A stretch of DNA of 64,000 bases from Balanoglossus misakiensis. Taxonomy: Eukaryota; Animalia; Hemichordata. Below, in pieces: positions 1-11,200 of this stretch. Both the position numbers and the translations under genes were made by a program. The DNA lies in the NCBI GenBank assembly GCA_040954595.2, contig CM082576.2:8993129-9057128 (forward strand), written 5' to 3'. How positions within the stretch are numbered: the stretch's first letter is position 1; every line of letters starts with the position of its first letter. The notes below the pieces were generated by a model. That model ran no database searches and had not been told where the DNA came from. It saw nothing but the letters and a program-made list of their open reading frames with translations.

Positions 1-144
1 TTTACAGGAGTGCTAGTGTCTAAGACTAAATGTAGTAGTAGAAGCGTAACAATGTCCACTACATCATAAAGTATAGGTAATGCATGCGTTACTTAATTCG
101 TTTTCAACTGATCTATATTCCATGAGTTAAAATGGACGACCCAC

Positions 145-3100
145 CTGTTTTGATTCTGTGTTGTCGGAGTCCTATGTTACCAACTAAAATAGAAACCCCG
201 TCAGTGACCAAGGGAGATCTTCTCCAACATACTTTTTCTAGATCGTTTTCCGCTATCAACTTTGGGATTACACGACTATTGATCCATAAAACGTACTCAG
301 ATGAATTTGTGATCTGGGAATAAATTCATGGGTGGAGGATTTTCGGAAATTACGAGAGGGAATGAAGCAGATAAATCGAGGAACAGCACAAGCGTATAGC
401 CGTATACCACACAGATGTTAGTCACACACCTTTCATCATTTTCTAGTACTCAAGGCATGCATATTTGGACTGTGTTTGTAAATTGGTGACATGACTCTGG
501 TGTCACCATGTAAGAAACTTGCACGAGGCCATTTCCCCTAATGCTACGCCAACTTTCTAGAAGGGCAAGATTTTGATATACAGCTAAAACAATACTTCTA
601 TCGAATCGACCTGTTGTCTATCACGAATTAATGGAAATTGTTTTTACTCACGGTGTCATCCGAACTATCCTCAATGACTCCCCGAATTGCCTTGTGTCTG
701 TAGTAAAAATCGGAATCTCTGTAGGCCAACATGATAGTGCACACGACGAGCAAGAAGAGACCATATCTGATGAGGTCAACAACAATACTGTTCATACTCT
801 TATGTCTGTCCATCCGTTGCCTTTCCTTTAAGAGCCTTTCTTTCGATGGCGGTAGTTTATTCCAAACTAAAACAAACAAACAAACAAACAAACAAACATC
901 AGAGTCAACGTGGATTAAAGTATGACAAATTAATTGTTAATCAGCAAAGCCATGAATGCTAGCTGTCACTCGTCACACATCTTTTGAGGAACCGACGTGT
1001 CATATTTGGATCACAAAATTCGATCCACTGCAAGTTACATTTTTAAATTAAACATATCTACATGTAGTTTGATTTGAGCAACTTACTGTACTTATCAAAT
1101 GAGCTAGTGCTTTTCACGTCTTTCTCACAATAACTGTCGATGGCCACGCTATCTTCTAGGTACGGTGTATTCCGCATACAGTAGAAAAATGATACCAGAA
1201 CGGCGATACCGAATCCCTAATGAGAATAAAGAAGTTAAAGTTTTTAACTAATAAAGTTTTGTTTTTGTTTTTGTTTTTGTCCTGCTACACGTGTTAATTA
1301 TTGATTAATTATAAGCCCATGATGTCAGAGATGTGATTGTGAGATTTCACTTGGCATCCCACGTGACCACAACGGACAAATGCCGAAATCCTGATATATT
1401 TCACAATTGTGAAATTTGAGTAGAAGTAACAAAGTAATCTGCGACAGCAGCCATACCTTCAAGGGGTCGATAACCGCCACAGACAAGAAAAATGACGATA
1501 ACTCCGCCGATAACCAGGCTTTTGACGTGTCAGGTCCCCATTCGAGGCTGTACAACACCAGGAAGAAGGACGAGAGGAAGGTGAACGTGAACAAAAGACA
1601 CCAGGCGATCCACCTGCACCACCAGGGCAGTTCAAATTTCTTTTTCTCCGGCCTGGCGTTTTTGCTCGTCGACGTCTCCTTTTGTTCCAGTCCCACCACG
1701 GGCAACCTGGTCTTGCTCTTTCTGAAGATCTCGACGGGGATGAGGGTCGCCGGCAGCGTCACCAGGCAACTCATCAGGGCAACGTAGAGCGTCTGCAGGG
1801 AGATCTTCAGAGAGCCGAGGGAGATGAACACTGTCTTGTCAGCTTTGCTGGGTCTCAGGCCAGTGTCGAAGAACATGGCGTTGGCGAGCATGGCAGCGTA
1901 CAGATACGCCACGCAGCAGGAAAGTCGCTGCACTCTAGTGAAGTGGCTGTAGGTCGGTCGGGACAGAATCGAGCCCCACAGGTAGTCATCGGTCAGCATT
2001 CCTCTTGTGGTGTTGAACAGCACGTTCTTCAGGGATGACAGCTGTACAAAGCCGGAAATCGGAATGATGCGCTCAACCTTACCGTCGCCCTTGTCCACAG
2101 CGAACCATTTATAGCATATGAAGTCATATCTGTGTTTCAGGAAAGCAAGCTATGAAACATTCAATAATTCTCTGCATTGGAATAATATATTATACGCAAA
2201 AACACAGAAATCTATATAACAAAAATGTTAATTGTTAAAGTGGTATTTTAAAATTCATACTGTCATACAACGTGTGAAGAACTCATTGATGAAGAAAAAT
2301 CGTAGTTCTCTGTAACGGGGAACCCTCAATCGGCAAAATGAAAGAGCGCAATCGATTTATATACCTCAGTCGCGTTTGCAGGTCCAGCAAAATGATTCTT
2401 TCCAAAAACCAGGACGAATCACTTCCCTCCGCTGATTGGTCGTGCCAGATATGTATGTAGTCCAGGCGCCCAAGATCACAAGGAACTGCCATTTTGACGT
2501 TTACGACACTTCCGGCGGACAATTTCTGTACAAAAATGCCAAGGTTTCTTTCATAAAAAAACGTTACAACACTTTTGTGCTATTGTGCACCTATAACGAA
2601 CGAAAGAGTCAATCGCGACTCTCACAGTAATTACTGGTGTCACGTATGGTAACAGATTAACGTCATTTTGACCCGAAATGTTTCATGGTAAAATCTCTGA
2701 AGTATTACGATTAAGCTATATGCGCCTGTGCCTGTGTCGTGCCTGTTGCGCTCCGATCTCGCAACTACGAGTGTGGTAAATACGAACTGGAAAACAAGAC
2801 GCACCACTTCGTTGTCCTTGTCCATAAGGGTCCTGATGTCGGTCTCTCCTCTTTGTCCCACCACTTTGAAATGCACCCTGGCGTTTGTTCCTGCACCCAT
2901 TTGCATCCCAGTATAGACGACGATGTGATACCAGTAAGCGTCGAAGGGACTGTTGTCGATGAGGGGCAAAACTCTCCACTAGAAAAAGTGACAACAATGA
3001 TCAGTGATTATAACTATCATATACATCCTGGAAATAAAGTTGGAGAAACGCCCTCTAACCTTTTCCTATTGACGTAGGACAAGCTATGGCAAAGGTGTCA

Positions 3101-6100
3101 GTCAAAGGGGTTGCTGTCGCTTTTCTCACCTTAAGTAAATCCGCGAGGTCCTTCCGTCTGAGATAAAACACAAGTAAGACATAGAGGGCGAAAACGACCA
3201 CTACTGTGATTAACACTACAGAGTTGTCCGCAATGTCCTTCCTGAAGACGGTGGCAAAGTCGATTTCATTGACAGGCACGACGATGTCAGAAGCCGTGAA
3301 AGATGTCAAATGGTCGCACATACACGTAACAGTATTTTTAGATGCTGATTTCACCTATTAGATAAAGCAAATAAAGTCACTTTAAATACATGTACAAGTA
3401 TATGAACCAATACACCATGCAGAACATTTCAGTGGAGAACAACAGATTGACGAACCGTGAACAAGAATTGTTCACTATCCCTAATGTAAAAAACAAAACA
3501 GGGATACGTTGAATACGTTGACTGCAACTTACCACACATCCATCAGATTGCCAAACAAGCTTTTTCTCGTCCCAAAATCTACACACAGCAACTCTCGCGG
3601 AAATCGCCAGGAGGTGTACGTCATTCTCGCCAATGTAATGTGGTTCGCCTATAAGGCAAGTGAAAAGATATTGTTTCACAAATTTGGGGCGACCGAAGAG
3701 AGGCAGCGAGAGATTCGTTTAATTGTTTTCACTTAACAATGGAAATCTGCAATGAGACAGTGAATTAAACAGAAATTGGTTGATAGTCAACAAAGAAACA
3801 AAATGTAACAGGAGTACACCACTGTACATAAATTTGCCTTACCTGTTAATACCATGAGAATGTTTAACATAGCTTCCTTGGAAACGTTTACGTAAACCTC
3901 CTTTGTTACACTCGTGTCAACGCTGTACTTCTTGTCGTAATCTGCCGCAGTTGGGATGGAACCCTCACCAACGTAGACGTCAAACACCAAGGGGTCACGC
4001 GATGCAAACGTGAGTATAACATGGCTGTCCGGGTGGGAAACGCTGAAAGAAAGTCTGAGATGCGACGTGCGTGATATCGGATACTCCTGCGAGGGTGGTG
4101 AAGTTGACGCATTGGTTTTGGTAATCTCATATATGTATGTTCTGCCACTTTCAACCAAATCGGTCTCGGCGTTCAGCAGATCGAAGTCGACAACCGGCGA
4201 ATTACCGAATAGAATATCGTTCTCGTTGACGAATGGGTTCTTTCGGAAAACAACCAACTGTAAAAAAGACAACATTCAAAATTAAAATAAGTTCTTTACA
4301 TCGCAAACGTTTTTCATGCAAAAAAGATTAGCATTCGATTGGCCATTGCTGGGCCGTGGCCACTATGGTCTGATGAAAGGTGTATTGCAAAAAAGTCGTG
4401 TTTTATATATTGGATGAAGTTTGCAACAAGTTAGAGTGAAACATTGTGTGTTAATAAAGCCATGACTATAATATTGTTCCCTACTTACTTTGCTGTACAT
4501 TCTAACTTGCAAGTCTTCCTGCCGATTTCTGCAGTCATCCACAATTGAAAAGGCGGCAATACCTGTGTCCTCAAAAGACTTTCCGCACAGTGAGGTTACA
4601 TTATCCACGGATACGGTTGTCTTGAATAAACGTGTTTCATACGTCATTGTTCCCGTAGAGGGGGGTATCAGCAATACCGCCACAGACAGAGTCTCCTTCA
4701 CGAGGTCAACCACCATACTTGTCGTGTTGCTGACCTAAAACGGTAAGGTGTTTCATATTGCTCAAATTGCTGTAACTTCGGTTAGACTTTGGCATCATAA
4801 ACTATTGCTTACGTACGACTGGTAAAAGCAAAAGCTGCGCATTTAGCGTAGAAATAACAACTGGCATTGTAGTTCATTGGTATCAAGTTTGTGTACATGT
4901 CTCTGTCTGTCTGTCTACAGAAGACAGCATTGCCGGTATAAAATTCATGGATTATGATAATGTACTTCCTGTCCTCTATGTAGACGATACTGCACAAAAT
5001 TATAGCGTTCAGCGTTCAAAAATTAGGAGTTTAATACCTGTCCTGTCTCTGGTGAGCTTTGCAAGGCCATGTCCATTATATTCGAAGAACTAGTGAGAAT
5101 ATCTGTGGAAAGCATGTCAAATCATATGCGATATTATGATGAATATGTCAGTGGACGACAGAAAAATCAACTAGAGCCACATTTCCTCACACTGTAGGCG
5201 TGAGTATCGCCTTGACTAGAAAGGCCAGCATACACAAGCGCTTACTAGAATATCTTCAACGTTAACGCTTTGACAAGATTCTTCAACGTTTCAATAAGAT
5301 GCGAAATTTTATTTCTACACCAAGTGTGTGCTTCTTGCCGAGTAAATTGCATATGCGTATACCTTCCCTCCAAACGCAATCACGCCAAATTGAACGCAAA
5401 GACTTACCTTTGATCGTTCTGTTCAGTGTCTCGTGGCTACTTGAGTTGACCAGATGGCGCAAGGGACCAACGATAACAGATAGTGATGCAACTGCCTGTG
5501 TCTGCAAAACAGTAAAAACACCTCGTCTAGCAGCTGATACCACAACTTGTGGTTTTTCAAAAAAATATGTTCACAACTTGTTTTGTTAGTATGCTGCTCG
5601 TAGAGTATGCTATAACGATGATTGGCTGAGCGTTAACAATGTCCGCTTTCACCATGTATATGCATAGCCATAGCATACCTAGGTTAGTAACGAACGGAAT
5701 TCATCCCAATTTTTAAAAGACAAAATGTCTGCCTCATTACCTGTGATTCTGTTGGTAAGATTTCCATGGAATCGTCGTCCCGACTGGTCGCCCTTTTGAC
5801 GATAGCCGCAGTCTGTGCCAGAAGCGAAGCCGGTTGGTTTTCCAGAAACCCGGATGACGACAGATACCACACCACGTCCAGCAAAGCTACGTTCAGTCGC
5901 TAAACCAACGGAGAAATATATAGACACTATGCCGAACACACATTTAAAAGAACGCGACACTTTAAATTCGTTACGATAATGGGCATTACGTATATGTACG
6001 ATAAATCAATAGAAATCAAGGTCTGATGTTTCCTTGTTAATTTGACACTCATTTTGCCAATCTTTCCTTGTGTCCAGTCGTTTTGAATATAAAAAAACAC

Positions 6101-7676
6101 TATTCTTACCGTATCTGTCAAACTGGGCGATATGGTGGACAGATAGTTAATCATAAATTCGACGCTGTTCTCCTCTAAAGCCATGTTGAACCATGTTTCA
6201 GCTGCGCTTCCTGGAAGAAGACAGGAACGACTGAGCAAGGATAGCGTTGAACAAGATCAATGTTGAATGCCGTCATTTAGGACCCAAATGCATGAGTGTA
6301 TCTCTCATAACTACTATTCCTACCTGGCGTTGGTATGATTTCACAAGCGTCATCCTGCGTTGGGGTATTTGTAGAGAAGTCCAAAGAACCCCGGCCAGTT
6401 TGGCCAGTCGTGAGACTTGCCACTTCAGATGTTAGTCTGTGCCCTACAGCCTCCATCAATGCATTTTCGCTCAGTACGATATTCGGACCGGTACCAATGG
6501 TACCTGTTGCAGGAAAACGGAAAGCCATTCAAAGAAAAAAATACTTTGATTGCAGCTTTAATATTAATATTATTGTACATCATTCATGATTTTCATGGTA
6601 TGAATAGAGATATCTTATACCATCACGCGGGTGCGAATGAGGCCTCACTTTGTTTCTTACATCACTTTACTTTAATAAATTGTGTTTTGAAGGCATTTTT
6701 TCGTCAGTTATATTCGAACCTACCTTGATATTCACAGATAAACGGATGGCTTTCAAAACAGAACGCTTGCTTGCGCCGTAGTCTGGGGGACGACCTGGCT
6801 GGCTCCGTCGCCGAGCGCCTAGAATTGTAAAATTGGTTTACTCTAAAAATCCTCCATTCCCCCAGAAATCAAATGATTTTCGCCTTACATCATGTGGTTC
6901 CGAGAAATCTCCTAAGTTTTTCCCGTTACTAAACGTAAAATACCTGGTAACTTTGTGGGCTATTTCAGCATTGCGAGTCGTGCATTCTGTTGCGGATTAG
7001 AAACAAATAAATGGCCAGAAAAAGTAACTAGCACAAAAATTGCCGCGACATGAGTATCCTTTGAGCAAAGTGATGTGTAGCCATACCTGAGAACGGGGCA
7101 CATCCCTGGCAGATTATCATCTCCCGTCAACAAAGTCAGTCTGTCACTCTCAGCCGGGAACCGTTTGCCTTCAACCAAGTGATTTCCGTTGAACCTCAAA
7201 TCCCCATCCGCAGTGGGCAGCCGATGGTGTACATGCGCTACTATTGGTTCGCCGTCCACCTCAATCCTATCATGGGCCAGATTGCCCCCTCTCATTACGC
7301 ACCTGTCTGCAGCTTGGAATTGGAACCAGGTTAAAGGTTCTGTATCCACCTGCAGTCGTACGTTCTGTGTATGTCCTGTTGGTTGTGAACAACAGAGCAT
7401 GTATTCACTGCTGGCTTTATGAAGTCTCCCGCGGTGCAGACTCTGAATGCAGACTCTGAATGCTGCGATGGTGACTTGTAATGTTTCGGATAAGGGAGTG
7501 CTATATGGACAAGTGCAAGACTACACAACAGTTTCCATCGGCTTTTAATGTTGTTGTTTAATCATCAAGTTGTTTTTTCGTCTAGATAGATTTCGTTCAG
7601 CTGAGTGAAGCTTACCTTTTCCGAAAAAGTGTCCAATAATGACCAGAATTAGAAGTGTTTTTCTTCCGGAAGCCAT
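145..7676 (-). CDS. Polycystin-1-like protein (PKD1L/REJ family), multi-exon, 3' end outside the window
   Basis: Phase-consistent open exons: 6503-6324, 6210-6110, 5899-5741, 5501-5408, 5102-5038, 4734-4507, 4257-3843, 3648-3533, 3354-3130, 2978-2808, 2525-2365, 2129-1457, 1216-1087, 866-652, 313-145. GPS motif CRFWDEKKLVWQSDGC...TVTCMCDHLTSF, then TM1. PLAT domain YHIVVYTGMQMGAGT...DLGRLDYIHIWHD...WFLERI...FICYKWFAVDKGDG. TM region FTRVQRLSCC...MLANAMF. Start of TOP domain LVGNIGLRQHR. Signal-peptide-like exon 7676-7616 (MASGRKTLLILVIIGHFFG). The link between the 5' exons is uncertain. Confidence 0.9.
7087..7462 (-). CDS. Degenerate C-type-lectin-like exon of the polycystin gene
   Basis: Open frame containing EPLTWFQFQAADRCVMRGGNLA, which resembles the CTL consensus TW..A...C...GG.LA. 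CTL domains occur at the N-terminus of PC1/REJ proteins. Flanked by AG and GT. Confidence 0.5.
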
Positions 7677-8077
7677 TAGACTTCTTGGACTGTTCAAATT
7701 AACAGTAGAAAGGGACTATATGAGATCGACGAGACAGCATCATGTTTAAAGAAACGCACTGATGATGAGCGATTATGTGCTTTGTTCAAAAGTGAAAAGT
7801 CGAGCCGATATGACCGGCACTAGTAAAGCTTGGATGAACAGCGATGCAATTGGCACCAACCCGCAATAAAATAATTGGATATTTTGTAACTAAGACAGTT
7901 GAACGTTAATCTGGCGAATGGAGATAGAAAAACCCCCACCCATTTTCAATGTCTTAACGAAATGCAATGTTTTAATTGTCGGCACAGCCGGCGAGCCTGA
8001 GGTTCGCTCCGCTCATACAGTGACATACATGAACAGACGTGAACGTCTTCGACTTTGTCCGGACAGGAAGACAGGCA

Positions 8078-8300
8078 TAGCGAAGCCGCGAACAATAAAT
8101 TTTCGCGAACTTCGCGAAAGCCAACAAAACGCGAAAATAAAAAAAGTCGCGTAAAAATGTTTTTCGGAGATACCGATGCAGTGAATACGAGAACGCGAAA
8201 ATTAGTTGTCGCGTAACAGTTGCCTCCTTTGATATCGTGAAAATGTCCCCGTTATACTGCAACAACAAAATAACTTGTCGTCACTGAATGTGTTTCAGCC
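8078..8300. mobile_element. Degenerate non-autonomous repeat rich in CGCGAAA/TTTCGCG motifs
   Basis: Several cgcgaa(a) and ttcgcg motifs clustered in an otherwise CpG-poor intron, as seen in invertebrate MITEs. Ends not defined. Confidence 0.35.
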
Positions 8301-8418
8301 AATTTAAAAAATAAAAAAAATTTACCGTTGTCACTTGAACCCCACAGAACTCAAAAGTGACAATATTCAAAAGAAGATGTACAAATTATACAATAATGTC
8401 AAGTTCAAAAGTAAATAC

Positions 8419-8597
8419 CTTAGAATACTTGAATCCGAAGTCCTCGAAGTGGCACAGTTGTACTTATTCCAGAACAAGTTGATGAAAACTGAAGTGTTGA
8501 GCCTATGTGACATCCACCCACTTCGGGGATGAACATTCCTTACTGCATAAGCCACGGTGTTACACGTTATCCGCACATCCTTGCTCCATGCAAGCAC
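8419..8597 (-). other. Putative upstream (5'UTR or N-terminal extension) exon of the polycystin gene
   Basis: TTTCAG acceptor and AAG|GTATTT donor. Splicing to the acceptor at 7689 puts its open frame in phase with the ATG at 7676. Confidence 0.4.
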
Positions 8598-8796
8598 TGA
8601 AACAATCGAAGAACCGCGAAACAGAAGAAAGTCCCGGAGAATAATATCATGTGATCAAAATATTCTCTTTCAAATATCTGTTTTGCCTTGTATCGTTATA
8701 AATAAATTAAAAGCGCTTTACTCGTCATAAAAAAAAACTTCTGAAGCTGCCAATAGGAACAAAATGCTTTCAATGTTCTTTCGCGAGTGTTTACAT

Positions 8797-8810
8797 GTTG
8801 TCATGACAAC
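8797..8810. promoter_or_regulatory. RFX X-box (perfect palindrome GTTGTCATGACAAC) upstream of the polycystin gene
   Basis: Exact match to GTHNYYATRRNAAC, about 200 bp upstream of the putative 5' exon. Confidence 0.55.
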
Positions 8811-11200
8811 GTGCACACATTCAATTGATCTTTGAGATAAGGTCTTAATAATTTATACTTCGTCGTGAGGTCGTAGCATGTAGCCTGACCACAGTGCCTT
8901 AGGCAACTATTGGCAAACTTCTCTCTGTGCCCGCTTTGTCCCATTATTGTCCCCTGACATATACACGTATTGGGACACAAATTTACCGTATGCACGTCAG
9001 GCCTGAGATCACAAATGTTGTTGCCAAAACGAAACTTTTCACGAGTTTCCTGAGATCAATTTAGTTTGTGTAGTGGATGTCTGCTTATAGTGTGTTGCTC
9101 TTATAAAGGTTAAATTGGGATAGCACTCTTTGATTTAAACTAGAGTGGCATGGAATTTTTCTATGTATGGACGGATGTATGTGTGTACATGTATATATGT
9201 ACTAGTATGCATGCAACCTTTACTTTTCGCGGTGGAAAGTTAAGAAATATAATCACCTGTATTTGTTTACAAAAATATGACGTATTGTATAATCAAATAC
9301 GATACCCAATCTATTTTCCCGTGCATCTGGACCTTTCACTCTTTTGTGTTATAATTAAAACGAATTCAAATTGTAGGTTTATATTCCCAGGGAAATGAGT
9401 TGTGAGTGATCATAATACATGTCCACAATGACACAAAAGCACACTTCATAATCATCGCTGACACGAGCGTCACACTGCTGCCAAAACAAGCATCAATCAT
9501 AAATCTCGTCATAATTTTTATGGAAAATGCCTCGTGATGATCGTAATTCATCATCGCAGACGTTACATGTTTTGTCGATATCGGAGACAGTGACAGAGAA
9601 GTTGCTTTCCCTGTGTGTGCGTATACGCAGAAGGTAAAAATTCAATTGCATATACTGATACGTTGTACATGTAACTGAAGACGCCTGTGGCGACCTATGA
9701 TTGGACGCCGATCCAGGTCACATGACCAGGTATGGGCCTACAGGTGTACTTCTTCAAAAAGCGGTGAAACTGTGAACGAACTGCTGTCGGAATTGTTCTA
9801 AACAAAAGGTTTGGGCATGTATTGATCGTTGTAAGCATTTGGAACATTTGATGTGCCGCACACGTAGGGAGACCGGTTATTTGATGTAAAGAATTCAATC
9901 TATTTGACTGTTGAGTTTCTTTAATTTGGTTATTTATTTATGATTTCTGCATTGGTAAACGTTTGGAATGAGAAGCGCTTCATTCTTTCTCGGTGAAGAA
10001 CTGTACATTTCCTGAAGCAAAATGCGTACATGTTCAGAATAATTAAGAAAAGTGTCGTCCGTCAGAATACACGACGATATGAATTATTCCTTTAATCAAA
10101 TGTTTGACACAAAACCCAGTTCATAAAATTTTAATTGTATGCCAGTGGGTCTCTCTCAGAAGGAAAGCCGATATATTGTGCAGACCGTATCGCCCGACTG
10201 AATTTAACAGCACTGGCACCATTCATATTGTGCGCTTGCAAGCATCCACGGTGCGCTATAGTTCAAGTATGAATTAATCACCGAGTTTATACCATTGTCA
10301 GTTTGACACAAACAAACAAACAAACAACACAACTATTCCTTATCACGTGAGAAAAATAAATACAGAATATTGACCAATTCTCGTCAACCTATATCATAAA
10401 GATAAAAGGTTCTCTCATAGTCAAATGTTTGTGGCGCGATCAATAAAGTTTATTTAATTTCAGAGTAACTTATGGTTCAAATGTTCGAACTTTACCCTGA
10501 CAAGTTGTTTTTAATACAATGAATGACGGGTATCTATCTATACAGATTACATCATTATCAGATTTTCTCGATGAGTCATCACAAGATACGAGTGTCAGGG
10601 AATGTTTCAAACTAAATTTATCAGATGCATAAGAACATAAACATCATTCTGTCCTCTTCGTAATTATTTTGTGTAGGGATGGTCGACTTCTTTGGTATGG
10701 GTTGGTGGATCGCGGACGGGGTCATCATGTTTATGGAAACCCCAATTTGTTTTAGAAAAAAGCTCAAAGAGGGTGGAAGTGTATGTGTAAAGAAATGACA
10801 AATTTCATATAGTCTTTTAGAGCAGAATTCGTCAATGAATATCACATTTAAATTCTGTAGTACGCAAGTGAAGACATCACATGATCAGATTGTTACGTGA
10901 TTGATTACTGATCATATCTAGCCCTGGTCTTTGATAAAGGGTACGTCAACTCCACCGTCTTGTAAGATATCGGACAAGATACAATCAAGCGAGCTGAGGC
11001 TACGTCTCCTTGGACTTCGGCCCCGCCACACCCTTCGCGGTTTAGCGATGAAATGACGTAGCCGTGTCGTACAGCACTTGCGCACACTTCGAAGTACACT
11101 CGCGTCACCTTGGAAGACTGCAGGACCAACCTTTGGCCCACTTTTGTGCACATTCACACACACAATCCTTCTCCGCCCGGAGGAGAAGCTGAGTGCCATA

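Noticed and set aside
628-651. Apparent premature stop in the polycystin ORF 628..891
   Set aside because: A GTGAGT donor at 651 removes it. The exon ends at 652, in phase with the next exon.
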